The notes: a model not told the origin generated them from the sequence alone. A DNA stretch of 64,000 nt from Endozoicomonas numazuensis (GCF_000722635.1 NZ_JOKH01000006.1:214243-278242); one strand, 5' to 3'. Shown: positions 1 through 11,512, numbered from the stretch's first letter. Numbers and translations are program-made.

Positions 1-1128
1 CGGTTCATCCCTGCGGGCGCAGGGAACACTGCCCTGAGCAACAGCTCACGGTAAGCACAAACGGTTCATCCCTGCGGGCGCAGGGAACACACCCTGATGC
101 GATATTGCTGACCTCTGATCAGCGGTTCATCCCTGCGGGCGCAGGGAACACCGCTCGAAGATAGAACGCAAGTCACGTTCAACCGGTTCATCCCTGCGGG
201 CGCAGGGAACACATTACAGACGCAGATATCAAGGGTTTGGGACCCGGTTCATCCCTGCGGGCGCAGGGAACACTCCTGCTGTAAAATCATCACCTGATAC
301 GACACCGGTTCATCCCTGCGGGCGCAGGGAACACCGTGATGAGGTAATCACCAATCTGGATATTACCGGTTCATCCCTGCGGGCGCAGGGAACACACTTC
401 ACCCAACTCTCTAACTTCCAATGTTTGCGGTTCATCCCTGCGGGCGCAGGGAACACTGAAGCGGATCGTTTGGCGGCGATCAATGGCGCGGTTCATCCCT
501 GCGGGCGCAGGGAACACACGATGAAGATTCAGCTGAGGGAAAAGCGTACCGGTTCATCCCTGCGGGCGCAGGGAACACATCGGATAATCACGTTCACCTT
601 CCAGCCACACCGGTTCATCCCTGCGGGCGCAGGGAACACGCTGAACTTGTTTCACTTCGATCTGACGATAACCGGTTCATCCCTGCGGGCGCAGGGAACA
701 CCGTTGCCCAGCCGTTTATTGACCAACTCAATGCGGTTCATCCCTGCGGGCGCAGGGAACACTGCAGCGAGCTTATGACCGGCAGAAGGTAGGGCGGTTC
801 ATCCCTGCGGGCGCAGGGAACACTGGTTTATGTGATAGGCCGTTGCCCTATTGCCCGGTTCATCCCTGCGGGCGCAGGGAACACATGTTGGCTCAAGGCT
901 CCCTCAATGATGAATCCGGTTCATCCCTGCGGGCGCAGGGAACACTGTCCTGTTTTGTTTGACATAAAAAGAGCGTTCGGTTCATCCCTGCGGGCGCAGG
1001 GAACACCAACATCAGGCCGTTATTGTCACCCTCTAAGGCGGTTCATCCCTGCGGGCGCAGGGAACACAGCATCATTAGGTGTGTAACCTATCCGAAAACC
1101 GGTTCATCCCTGCGGGCGCAGGGAACAC
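1..1128 (-). CRISPR. Type I-E CRISPR array, truncated at window start. At least 19 repeats of 29 bp and 18 spacers of 32-33 bp. The leader-proximal repeat is at 1100-1128.
   Basis: Exact 29-bp repeat CGGTTCATCCCTGCGGGCGCAGGGAACAC, period 61. Starts: 1, 62, 123, 184, 245, 306, 367, 428, 489, 550, 611, 673, 734, 795, 856, 917, 978, 1039, 1100. The reverse complement GTGTTCCCTGCGCCCGCAGGGATGAACCG matches the E. coli type I-E repeat in canonical orientation. Adjacent cas1-cas2 are on the minus strand. Confidence 0.97.
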
Positions 1129-1236
1129 TCTAAAAAAATACATTATTAAATCAGTACGTTGCAAGACCTAAATATTCCACCAGCAAATTCAGCAAAAAAT
1201 TCACTGAAAAAATTCCATTGTTAAAGAGCAAATTGA
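1129..1236 (-). promoter_or_regulatory. CRISPR leader, AT-rich, lying between cas2 and the first repeat. It should contain the array promoter and the integration-host-factor side of the leader.
   Basis: AT-rich ~108 bp (tctaaaaaaatacattattaaatcag...) directly abutting the terminal repeat, downstream of the cas2 stop on the same strand. This is the standard I-E architecture. Confidence 0.7.
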
Positions 1237-2446
<1,210 letters not shown>

Positions 2447-2520
2447 TCGCCCTCCGGGTGGCCTGTTATTGGAATTTATTCCGCTGTTCTATCAAAAGCT
2501 TTCTTGAGAGAATCGCCAGA

Positions 2521-3360
2521 CTACATCGGGCGAATAAGCATCAGTCCACAACCAAATCGTTTTGCCGGACCAAAGCCTTTATTGAGCTGTGATACAAAAG
2601 TATTTGTATCAGTTACCCGAAGAACGCCCTGATAGTCCATGCTACTGTAACCCGCGTTGCGTTTCTGTTTGACAGTACTCAGTGAATGCCAGAGATAGCC
2701 TGTTGCCTGAGTCTGTTCCAGTTCGAAACCACCTGCTTCAGCCTTTTTCTCCAGCCAGTTAACTGCCGCCAGATCAGCTTTCTGCTGCTGCTCTTGCATA
2801 AAAGCTTCACGGCGGGCATGTTCCTTAAAAGCCGGAAGTGACAGCAGTTTCTGTTGTAACTGTTTGCGGTCCAGATTATTTCGAAGCGTTCTTCGCTGCT
2901 TTTGTTGACCAAGATGTTGCTCAAGATACACATCACCTTCGGTCACCACCCCGTTTTCAAAACAGTGCTGCAGGAGATGCTGATATTTAGCATCCATCAC
3001 TACATCATGACGAGCTGAGTTTTTTTTACCCTCCTGACGCTTGGCTACAGTTGGATTAGCTCGCAGATGAAACGACAGCCGATCACCATTATGCAGCTTT
3101 GGCTGAAAAGGTTTGGAGTCAACCCTAAAGAGAGGTGAATTTTCACTGGGCGGTTTATGAGACAACGCATAAAACAGCGGCCAGCTTTGGACAGTGTTCT
3201 GCTGTTCACGACTATTTTCTTCCCGGAACAGATATTGCCCATCCGGGAATAAATCCCATAACAGCTGATGCATGCCATAGCTGTCTCGGCGAAGCAGCCT
3301 GCCCAACTGGGTTTGCTCCAGCAATGCGGGTGTGAGTTGTATTCGGGATAAATACATCAA
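2521..3360 (-). CDS. cas6e: Cas6e (CasE) pre-crRNA endoribonuclease with an internal ~60-aa insertion
   Basis: N-terminus MMYLSRIQL. FHLRANP and the C-terminal GFGPAKRFGCGLMLIRPM match E. coli CasE (FRLRANP ... GIGPAKSMGCGLLSLAPL). Length is 279 aa against ~199 aa. The extra Q/K/R-rich segment lies around residues 125-195. Confidence 0.88.
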   Translation of the reverse strand: MMYLSRIQLTPALLEQTQLGRLLRRDSYGMHQLLWDLFPDGQYLFREENSREQQNTVQSWPLFYALSHKPPSENSPLFRVDSKPFQPKLHNGDRLSFHLRANPTVAKRQEGKKNSARHDVVMDAKYQHLLQHCFENGVVTEGDVYLEQHLGQQKQRRTLRNNLDRKQLQQKLLSLPAFKEHARREAFMQEQQQKADLAAVNWLEKKAEAGGFELEQTQATGYLWHSLSTVKQKRNAGYSSMDYQGVLRVTDTNTFVSQLNKGFGPAKRFGCGLMLIRPM

Positions 3361-4139
3361 CTATCCTCTCTTACCGTTAGTTGCTGAAGCCATAGGTTTT
3401 CTTTCCGGGGCTGAAACTGCCAGCGTCGACGAGATAATGGCTGGTCATGGCGTACTAGTTGATGCACCTGGCTGGCTGGCACTTCATCGGGCTGGGCAAA
3501 ATCTGTTAACTTCCCCTGCCAGTAATAGTGACAGGCGTTGTCTTTCTTCAGAAAACGCTCATCGGTCGCCCAGTCGTACTCTCTGCTAAGTAACTCTTTA
3601 GGTTGGTAATCCGTCAGTGCCTTAAGGAAACCCTCCGCCTCCATCAGTTCAGGTTGTAATGGTGCTGCCAGAGGGCAGGCTTTGCGGCCAAGGTATAGGT
3701 GAAACATTGGTTTCAACAACGCCTGCTGTAGTTGCTGGAGAGACCAGTAAGCTTGCTCACTGGCTCTGATAGCCACTATTGCCAGCGCATCGGTGCGATA
3801 TTCCCGGCTGGAGAGGACTGTCCCTAAGGGCTTTTTCCCTAAAACAATTTCATCCCGCCGTGTCCGAAAATGAAAGCCTTTCGCTTCATTTTTAGGAGCC
3901 TGCGCTGTGTGATAATCCATGAGAAAACCACCAGCAGAAACCTGTTTAACGGCAATGGAATAATCCTGCGCCAGAGCCTGCTGAGAAGATTCATCGCCAC
4001 GGCGTATACCCAGCGCCGCTCCCAGTAATCCAAGAATGGCTGATTTGCCAGGGTAGCTGGCACTATGGCGATTTTCGCCCAGTGCTATCTCCCCCCAGCT
4101 GGCCATAGGGCCATAGAGTCGAAAAAGCAGATAGTTCAT
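3357..4139 (-). CDS. cas5: Cas5e (CasD)
   Basis: MNYLLFRLYGPMASWGEIALGENRHSASYPGKSAILGLLGAALGIRR resembles the CasD N-terminus (LILRLAGPMQAWGQP ... GLLGACLGI). The operon position is also correct. Confidence 0.9.
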   Translation of the reverse strand: MNYLLFRLYGPMASWGEIALGENRHSASYPGKSAILGLLGAALGIRRGDESSQQALAQDYSIAVKQVSAGGFLMDYHTAQAPKNEAKGFHFRTRRDEIVLGKKPLGTVLSSREYRTDALAIVAIRASEQAYWSLQQLQQALLKPMFHLYLGRKACPLAAPLQPELMEAEGFLKALTDYQPKELLSREYDWATDERFLKKDNACHYYWQGKLTDFAQPDEVPASQVHQLVRHDQPLSRRRWQFQPRKENLWLQQLTVREDS

Positions 4140-4148
4140 CCTCTGCTC

Positions 4149-5216
4149 CTACTCTGCAACAAAAGCCAGAAGCTCTTGAAGGCTGCCTTCACCTGTGATG
4201 GCGTTTAGAGAGCTGTAGACATCAGCACAATCACCATAAACACGGTTAAAGTTGTCACGCTGTTTTTCCAGAGCCTGTACAGCTTCTGTCGCATAATCTT
4301 CAGCGTACTTATTCACTGGCTTCAAGAAAGCAACAGAAAGTGAACGCGGTTGCTGGTCACCCTTTTCTGCCAATACATAGGACGCGTAAGCCCGACTGCC
4401 GAAACTGTTTTGCTTACCTTGTGGGGACACTTTAACTGCCGCTTCGGTTAATGCAGCAATGGCCTTATTAGCCAGCTCAATATCGCTATTCAGGTTTTCG
4501 ACCAACAGTTCTTTGTTGATACAGATGTATGAGTAGAACAACCCAGCGGCAAAACCTGTTTCACCAATATGAGCAGCACCGGCATCTTCACTGCCGTCAT
4601 TCAAATCATCAACAGCGGTAAAGTAGTCATCTTCGATAGTGACAGGGTGAACAGATATAGCGTGGGCGACCTGACAAGCCGCTTCTTGACCAAAATGCTG
4701 CTTGCCTTTTACTGCCAACATCCGACCAAACATTGCAATATCAACACAGTGACTATTTTCCCGCAGCAAGTTCAGCTCTTCTGTTTTAGGAGCCCTTTTT
4801 TCACTTAACAGGGCAGAAACCAGCTCTTGAACTGCGTTATATTCATCCCTAGATAAATGGACAGGTTGTTTTAAAATAGTTTCTTTATATGCATTCGTTT
4901 TATCTTTACCTTCGGTATCAGCAAAAGCAGAAGCTATCTCTTTACCCCATAAAACAGCATCTTTTTCCTTTATTCCATTCTCACTAAACTTTTTTGCCGC
5001 ATCATAACCCATGCGTTTTGTTCGAGTGCCAATATGGTTTCCTAAAGCACGTTCAAATAACTCTGATGTTTTCCAAGATCGCTTCAGGCTCTGGGAAGAA
5101 ACCCTGAGACGATCTGTGCCACCCATTTTGGCGGTTTTTGGCCGTCCAAGATCATCACGATTAAGGTTTGCGGGTGGGTAGGAAGTGAGCAGATGCAGTT
5201 GCAGAAAACGGCTCAT
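4149..5216 (-). CDS. cas7: Cas7e (CasC) Cascade backbone subunit
   Basis: 355 aa. MSRFLQLHLLTSYPPANLNRDDLGRPKTAKMGG is a typical Cas7e N-terminus. It sits between cse2 and cas5. Confidence 0.92.
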   Translation of the reverse strand: MSRFLQLHLLTSYPPANLNRDDLGRPKTAKMGGTDRLRVSSQSLKRSWKTSELFERALGNHIGTRTKRMGYDAAKKFSENGIKEKDAVLWGKEIASAFADTEGKDKTNAYKETILKQPVHLSRDEYNAVQELVSALLSEKRAPKTEELNLLRENSHCVDIAMFGRMLAVKGKQHFGQEAACQVAHAISVHPVTIEDDYFTAVDDLNDGSEDAGAAHIGETGFAAGLFYSYICINKELLVENLNSDIELANKAIAALTEAAVKVSPQGKQNSFGSRAYASYVLAEKGDQQPRSLSVAFLKPVNKYAEDYATEAVQALEKQRDNFNRVYGDCADVYSSLNAITGEGSLQELLAFVAE

Positions 5217-5252
5217 AATGATATCTCCTTCAAATAAAAGGTTAGTTCGCTA

Positions 5253-5798
5253 TCAGTCTTTGAATGCAGCGTAATAGTCACTGGCCCACCTTACAGCCAG
5301 CCGATCCTGAGGACGTGAAGCCGGTGCAAACCGGAACTCCCTGAGCCAGTGCAGGATGCTGTCGGCCAGAGAGAGAATATTCACCTTGCCACCGAGCAGA
5401 TCAACTGCGCGACAGAGGCGGGTAAAAAATTCCTGCTCAGTACGGCTTTTTTGTAACTGCTGAAATCTCAATTCACTCATGGGCACTTTGCCGCCTTTTT
5501 CCTTTGGCTTTGCCAGGCTGGTTGCAAAGCTCTGTTCTGGTGAAGCGTCTTTCACCCGGGCAAGCACAGCGGCTACCATGGCTGCATCTGAAAAACCAAT
5601 TCCGGTCGCATCCGGTGCTACGCCCCAGTAACCCGGCATTTGCTGTAAAAAGCCAGCAAAAGCGGAAGTGAGTAATACATCATCACTGTTGGATACACGC
5701 CGCAACCGGGCTCGTTCTCCCCGATTGTCTTGCAGCGACTTATGCCAGGTTTTTAGTGCCTTTTGGTCGTTTTCATTTATTATGTGATAGGTCTTCAT
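5253..5798 (-). CDS. cse2: Cse2 (CasB) small Cascade subunit
   Basis: 181-aa ORF between cse1 and cas7, of the right size and position for Cse2. Its start overlaps the cse1 stop by 1 bp. Confidence 0.85.
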   Translation of the reverse strand: MKTYHIINENDQKALKTWHKSLQDNRGERARLRRVSNSDDVLLTSAFAGFLQQMPGYWGVAPDATGIGFSDAAMVAAVLARVKDASPEQSFATSLAKPKEKGGKVPMSELRFQQLQKSRTEQEFFTRLCRAVDLLGGKVNILSLADSILHWLREFRFAPASRPQDRLAVRWASDYYAAFKD

Positions 5799-7405
5799 TA
5801 AGCGACCTCCGGTTCTTTAGCTACTAATTCTTGCATTTTCTTAACACAAGGTATGCGATAGAAGTTTTTCTCTAGTGAATTTCTGGCATTGGCTATCCGC
5901 CTCATATTTTTTCCTTCAAAGTCACTGGTCAGCACTGTTTGATCAAACAACTCTGTATAGGTGCTTGAAATCAGTTGAAGCCAACTTTGTGCTACTTTTG
6001 AAGGGAAACGGTGATTATCAATACTATCTATAAGATCAGATAAATTTTTATAAAATTCAGTTTCAGCCATTTTCCAAAAGGCAAGTTCAAGATATTTAGT
6101 TTTCTTAAAAGCAGCTATAGCTTGCTTATTTCGTTCTCTTTCTGCTTTATCATTGCCCCACCACGCCTCAGAGACAGCAACGTACAGTTTTTCAATTGCT
6201 TTTTCAGTGACTTCAATGAGCATAAATGTCCACTCAGATAGTACCGTCTTTTTCTCATTTGCAACACGCAGTGCAGGTATTTTTTTATTTATGAAGCCCA
6301 GTACTTTGGCACTCTCTGCTCGATAACCAAAACACCACAATGAAAGGTCATCAATATTGCGCTCATAGAGAGCAAGCTGAACAACAACTGCTGGTGAGAT
6401 TTGTTTTCCCTGATAATGCATGCCGCACACAATTGATGGCCAATCGGAGAATCCGTAAGAAAAATCCACTCCTGCCAACGCCTTGGGGAATTTATTTTTC
6501 TTTTCTTCCAAAACATAAGGACTTAGTGGATGAACCCAGCCATCGGCGTAGAAAACACCATCTTTGATTCTTTTATAAGTTTTTACCCCCGTAGTAAGAG
6601 ACTCTCCTGAAATATCACAAAATCCGTTTACTTTCTCTACTTGCAAACAAATCCTTCTAGGTTGAGTCCAGTAATGCTGTAAAGGGTTTGTATCAGCAGG
6701 GGATGTTTTCTCTTTTTTAGGACTTATTCTCGTTTTCGTTAACCATGGAAAAATAAACTCGGCATTAGCTTTTTCCCAGTCTCCACGTATTAGAAAACCA
6801 CTTTCTCGATCAATAATGTTAAGCCAGAGTTTTTGCCACAATAAGGATTCATAGCCTGTAGTTAACAAAGTAGTTACAGGGCCATTGTGACGCAACCCAA
6901 TCCTGTGTTTTCCCCATGCTAAAACACCTGTTGTTTGTGTATCAAACAAAGCGATTGCAGCCCAATAAGGCGAAACAACCCTTGTTACTCCAGTTTTTAC
7001 AAAAAGGTCAGTATTTTTGTCTCTTGTATTAACGCTCAATTCTCCGCCAATAATATCCTCAATGGGTAAACTGTCCCCTTCAAAATCTTCAAAATCCTGC
7101 ATAAATGCAGGCCCATCGCTTATATCAATATTGAAAGCCTGCCTAACTGACTCAAAAGCCTTTTTAAGAACCTGTGCATCCGGAACAGTGTCCCAACACT
7201 CAAACCACGCCTCATCATCTTCCGGCGCGAAAGTAGTTTGCAAAAGTCCAATCAAGAACTGATACAAAGCGCCCTGAAAGTCAACCCTGGGGGCGTTGAT
7301 CTCAATCACAGGATTTTCGGTTTCGGCAATTTGCCAGGGAGCGATTTTACAGGGGCTGCCGTCTTGCCGGGTAACAGGCAACCACTGATCTGAAATAAGG
7401 TTCAT
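5798..7405 (-). CDS. cse1: Cse1 (CasA/Cas8e) large Cascade subunit
   Basis: 535-aa ORF that is the first gene of the Cascade operon, downstream of cas3. Size and position fit Cas8e. Confidence 0.85.
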   Translation of the reverse strand: MNLISDQWLPVTRQDGSPCKIAPWQIAETENPVIEINAPRVDFQGALYQFLIGLLQTTFAPEDDEAWFECWDTVPDAQVLKKAFESVRQAFNIDISDGPAFMQDFEDFEGDSLPIEDIIGGELSVNTRDKNTDLFVKTGVTRVVSPYWAAIALFDTQTTGVLAWGKHRIGLRHNGPVTTLLTTGYESLLWQKLWLNIIDRESGFLIRGDWEKANAEFIFPWLTKTRISPKKEKTSPADTNPLQHYWTQPRRICLQVEKVNGFCDISGESLTTGVKTYKRIKDGVFYADGWVHPLSPYVLEEKKNKFPKALAGVDFSYGFSDWPSIVCGMHYQGKQISPAVVVQLALYERNIDDLSLWCFGYRAESAKVLGFINKKIPALRVANEKKTVLSEWTFMLIEVTEKAIEKLYVAVSEAWWGNDKAERERNKQAIAAFKKTKYLELAFWKMAETEFYKNLSDLIDSIDNHRFPSKVAQSWLQLISSTYTELFDQTVLTSDFEGKNMRRIANARNSLEKNFYRIPCVKKMQELVAKEPEVA

Positions 7406-7559
7406 TACTCAGTACCTCTGTAAGCTTGTACAAAGATAGGCATTTTATTCATTTTGTTTCCTTTAATGCAGACATCCCTGTCTAAACTCACTGACGTTAT
7501 TTCTCTGATGCTAAGAGATGAACCGCTTAGCAGTTTGGTAAACAAAGTTGTTCCCTGCC
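7406..7559 (-). promoter_or_regulatory. cas3-cse1 intergenic region. Expected site of the Cascade operon promoter (in E. coli this is the H-NS/LeuO-controlled Pcas).
   Basis: 154-bp AT-rich gap between the cas3 stop and the cse1 start. No motif is confidently identified. Confidence 0.35.
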
Positions 7560-10274
7560 TTAGCAGGGTTTTCGTCCAAAATCCCAGCCACTTTGTGCCT
7601 GATACAGATGTTCTGTTTCAGGAACCAGGGGAAACATCTGAACATACTTTAAAGAAATTATTTCCTGTTTGAGTTGCTCTATGACAGGTAACCAGATTTC
7701 AGGAATCAGAGATCTGGCCTTTTCCCACTCATGGACTGGCAGTTGAATCTGGCTAAGCCGCCAGCGGTGGTTTGGATTTTCGTTTTCTGCCCAGGGCTTT
7801 AACTGGCCACTGTCGTCCGGCATCACCAGTACCACAGCGAGAGTTTCTACTTCATTGAGCCGGGTTGGGGTATGGATCTCTTCATCCCAGACATTGGCAG
7901 GGCCACCACTTTTCGAGGTGTAGCCCGGTTTCAGCTCAAGGCAGTTGAATTCACCTATATTTTTCCTGGATTTATCTTCCCCCTCTGCTTCAAAACTTTG
8001 CTGCTGCAGGCATTCTGGAATATCTGACTGTGCTTCATCGCCATAAACCCCCTCGATTAAACGCCGAGCATCTTCGGGCATAGCAAACCCTTGTTTTTTG
8101 AGAAGTAAACGCGCCGTCAACCAGAGCTGACCAGTGTGGAAATAAACGCTCTGGGTTCCGGGCAAGACAGACCTGAGCCATTGTTCACTATTTACTGAAT
8201 CCGGATCAGGTGAATGCAGGAACAGACAAGGCGGCGGGCGCTGGTCAATTTCATTTGTATTTAGCAGGTTCCCATGTGAATCACGGCTATGCCTCTGCAA
8301 ACGGCCTGCACGTTGAATCAGCAGATCAATAGGGGCCAGATCGGAAATCAGTTGATCAAAATCCAAGTCCAGACTTTGTTCTACTACCTGAGTAGCAATC
8401 AGCACCCGCCCTGCTCTTTGTTCTGCTCCAGATTTTTTACCAAACCGTTCCAACACATTGCCTTCAACAGTTTGCCGGTCAATCATGGCAAACCGGCTGT
8501 GAAATAAAGACAGGTTCTCAGAATCAATGCGCGGGTCATTCAAGAGTTGCTGATAGGCTGCCCGGGCATCTTTAACAGTATTGCGAATCCAACAGATACA
8601 ACGCCCCTGCGCCACTACTTGAGCAATTTGTTCAACCGCCTCTTCCGGGTTATTCACCCTTTTAACCTGAACTTTACGTTTTACGCTGTCACGGGTAGGG
8701 AGTGCCCGTTTATTAAACCCATGATCAGAGACATAGCTGACCAGCGGGTATTCTTCCGTCTCAGACAACCCAGACAATGGAAGCTCCCTGCCCTCAAGGT
8801 AAGCATCCAGCAACTCTTTGCGAAACTGAAACGGTAAGGTAGCCGACAGCAGGACGACACTGCCCCCCTGGGCAGCATGGAATTTTAACAGGGCGGTAAG
8901 GAGCTTCCGCATGTATGAGTCATAGGCATGCACTTCATCCAGTAGCAAAACCTTCCCCTTCAGCCCCAGCATCCTTAACGACTGGTGACGTGCAGGCAGC
9001 ACTGCCAGCAACGCCTGATCAATAGTGCCTATGCCGACATCAGCTAACAGTGCTTTTTTTCGGTTATCTGCTAACCATTGGTTGCAATAGGCACTGGCTG
9101 ACTGATCGCCAGAACCGTAATTATGATCATCTTCCTGCCCAGAAAGCTTCACTGATTCCTGAAACTTTTCGGATAACTGGCTGGCACCATGAGCAAGTAT
9201 CAAAGAGGGTTTAGGTTCTCCCTGAAACAGGGACTGATAACTCTTACTGAGTCGGTTATACATCCCGTTGGCTGTCGCCATAGTGGGCAAACCAACATAT
9301 AAACCTTCTGCCAGCCCCTGATTCATTAAACGATGAACCAGAACCATGGCCGCCTCTGTTTTCCCCGCGCCAGTAACATCTTCAAGAATAAATAACTGTG
9401 GACTTTGGGGAATATCTACCGTTTGTGCAAACTGCTGAAGAGGTGTCGGCTGCTCAATAAAATCGAACTGCTGTTTAATCGAAGAAAAAGGATTAATGGC
9501 TTTAGGTTGAAATTCAGCTTTTGTCAGAACTTCTTTTGCACGGGGCAGTGCCACCTTACTCCAATATTCCTGTAAAGATTGCCGGGTGCATTGGTATTTA
9601 AATACTGTTTGATCAGAACCCAACCAGTCCGCCAGGACTGCGACTCCGGCCAGTTGCCATGACGTTTTTCTGAAACGTTTTCGGCAAATTGTCTCCAGCG
9701 GAGAAAGATCAGGTAACCAATACTCAGCAGCGGCTCTGAAAAAAGCTTCGGCTGCTGGAATGTCTTCGTCAGGAACCAGAGATGTTGTTACAGCCCTTAC
9801 TAGTGGCTGTACTGGTTTCCCATGATGACCACAGACAATTTCCAGCCAGCCGTCAATATTACGCTGTGTTTTACCAACAGGGATAATATCGGTTAGTTTT
9901 TTTCGCAGCTCTTTTTGCCAGAGGCCATAGCCTAAAGAATCATGTCGAATCTGTTCATTATCAATTACAGCAAAGGGTACCAGATCATCGGATAACCCGG
10001 TCACCTTATTTTGAAAGCTCCGGGCAAATTTACCCAGATCGTGCAACATCAGACAAAAAGTGAACCATTGCTGCAACCATTCAGGCTCTACTTTTAACTG
10101 TTCAGCCAAAGATTTGCACAGTGTTTTTTGTGGGTCTAACAGACACCGTCCAACCGCAGCTACATCAAGACAATGATAAACCAGCAAGTGATAACTGTTT
10201 TTATCATCCTGATCTTTACTGGCTTTGCCCCAATAACGGTAGAAAGACATATTTCTTTCAACTCTATGTAGCAT
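7560..10274 (-). CDS. cas3: Cas3 HD nuclease / SF2 helicase (type I-E)
   Basis: 904 aa. The N-terminal HD motif is YHCLDVAAVG ... LHDLGKF. The helicase carries DEVH (LLLDEVHAYD) and a Walker A motif, GAGKTEAA. Confidence 0.95.
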   Translation of the reverse strand: MLHRVERNMSFYRYWGKASKDQDDKNSYHLLVYHCLDVAAVGRCLLDPQKTLCKSLAEQLKVEPEWLQQWFTFCLMLHDLGKFARSFQNKVTGLSDDLVPFAVIDNEQIRHDSLGYGLWQKELRKKLTDIIPVGKTQRNIDGWLEIVCGHHGKPVQPLVRAVTTSLVPDEDIPAAEAFFRAAAEYWLPDLSPLETICRKRFRKTSWQLAGVAVLADWLGSDQTVFKYQCTRQSLQEYWSKVALPRAKEVLTKAEFQPKAINPFSSIKQQFDFIEQPTPLQQFAQTVDIPQSPQLFILEDVTGAGKTEAAMVLVHRLMNQGLAEGLYVGLPTMATANGMYNRLSKSYQSLFQGEPKPSLILAHGASQLSEKFQESVKLSGQEDDHNYGSGDQSASAYCNQWLADNRKKALLADVGIGTIDQALLAVLPARHQSLRMLGLKGKVLLLDEVHAYDSYMRKLLTALLKFHAAQGGSVVLLSATLPFQFRKELLDAYLEGRELPLSGLSETEEYPLVSYVSDHGFNKRALPTRDSVKRKVQVKRVNNPEEAVEQIAQVVAQGRCICWIRNTVKDARAAYQQLLNDPRIDSENLSLFHSRFAMIDRQTVEGNVLERFGKKSGAEQRAGRVLIATQVVEQSLDLDFDQLISDLAPIDLLIQRAGRLQRHSRDSHGNLLNTNEIDQRPPPCLFLHSPDPDSVNSEQWLRSVLPGTQSVYFHTGQLWLTARLLLKKQGFAMPEDARRLIEGVYGDEAQSDIPECLQQQSFEAEGEDKSRKNIGEFNCLELKPGYTSKSGGPANVWDEEIHTPTRLNEVETLAVVLVMPDDSGQLKPWAENENPNHRWRLSQIQLPVHEWEKARSLIPEIWLPVIEQLKQEIISLKYVQMFPLVPETEHLYQAQSGWDFGRKPC

Positions 10275-10709
10275 GGAGTTGTTTATTATACGTATTTACT
10301 CTGTACACGACAGTTTTCCATGAGCTCCTGTTCCATCTTGGTTCAAAGAGGAGCGACAGTATTTTGAGAAACTCGTTAAACCCTGTTTCAGGATGCGCTG
10401 AAGGTGATCCAGCCCTGCACGAAAAAGGGTTTGCGCTTTTCACGCCCCTTAAGGGCTTGAATTTATGAATTCAGAGCAGGCTTTAATCACGAATATGTTC
10501 AGATGCTGATGGGGCACTCCACTGGAAAAATAACGACAGAGTACCAGGAAGGGCACGAGATCCGATACGAGTCTGTAGAGGCTGGGCTGAGTTTGAAAGG
10601 CTTAGAAATTTGATCGTTATTTTTCGAGTTTTTTACGATAATTTTACGACGAGCATAAAAAAGCCCACTATAAAAGCGGGCTTTTCTTCAGTGATTTCAA
10701 TCACTTATT

Positions 10710-10786
10710 TGGTAGGCGGTACTGGAGTCGAACCAGCGACCTTTACGATGTCAACGTAACGCTCTAACCAGCTGAGCTAACCGCCT
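10710..10786 (-). tRNA. tRNA-Val (anticodon GAC), CCA encoded
   Basis: The minus-strand sequence AGGCGGT-TA-GCTC-AGCTGGTTA-GAGC-G-TTACG-TTGACAT-CGTAA-AGGTC-GCTGG-TTCGACT-CCAGT-ACCGCCT-A-CCA folds into a perfect cloverleaf with a 7-bp acceptor stem, U33 and A37. Confidence 0.92.
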
Positions 10787-10915
10787 GAAGTTGCTGCGTA
10801 TATTATCAACGCAGCTGAAAAATGCAAGCCCCGATTCCTGATTAATCTAAAAGAAAATCAAACGTTTAGAAGAAAAGACCAGTACTATCGTTTGTACTTA
10901 CATTCTGAACAAGCA

Positions 10916-11512
10916 TCATCGTACGGGTTTCTTAAACACCAGACAGCGATTGTTGGCGGGCATAGCAATATCCTGAAGGAGCGACAATCCAACCCTGCCT
11001 GCCAACCTTTCTATTGCTTCGAAATCACGAATAGCACTGTTGGGGTCTTGCTGTTTCAGCCATTCATCAAATCGGGCATTACTTTCACTGGAATACTGCC
11101 CCTGATAGTTAAAAGGCCCGTAGAGACAAACCAGACCACCGTCCAGTAACACTCTGCCAATCCCTGCAAAAAGCTTCTCAACTTCCTTCCAACTCATAAT
11201 GTGCAGAGTATTTGCCGTAAAAATATTGTCTGCCTGCTGGATGGGCCAATCTGAATTAACATCCAGCTCCAGTGGTGGAAAATAGTTACTCAAGCCACTG
11301 GCCTGCCGTCTTGCTTCAATCACTGCTAAATGCTCAGCCCTGTCAGTGGGCTGCCAATGAATAGCTGGCATAGAAGAAGCAAAGAATTCAGCGTGCTGAC
11401 CAGTGCCGCTGCCAATCTCCACGACACTGACAGCTTTTTCAAAGAGAGGTCGAATCACTTCCAGAATGGGCTGTTTGTTTTTTTCACAGGCTTCTGAGAA
11501 AGGTAAACTCAT
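10916..11512 (-). CDS. Class I SAM-dependent methyltransferase (DUF938-like)
   Basis: 198 aa with [15 protein letters not shown] (a glycine-rich SAM-binding motif I). Confidence 0.7.
   Translation of the reverse strand: MSLPFSEACEKNKQPILEVIRPLFEKAVSVVEIGSGTGQHAEFFASSMPAIHWQPTDRAEHLAVIEARRQASGLSNYFPPLELDVNSDWPIQQADNIFTANTLHIMSWKEVEKLFAGIGRVLLDGGLVCLYGPFNYQGQYSSESNARFDEWLKQQDPNSAIRDFEAIERLAGRVGLSLLQDIAMPANNRCLVFKKPVR

Noticed and set aside
425-1086. ORFs 425..778 (+) and 832..1086 (+) from the six-frame track
   Set aside because: They translate the CRISPR repeats (the recurring RFIPAGAGNT peptide). They are artefacts of the array, not genes.
10121-10468. ORF 10121..10468 (+) upstream of cas3
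   Set aside because: It overlaps the cas3 start and promoter region and has no motif or RBS support. It is probably a spurious reading frame.
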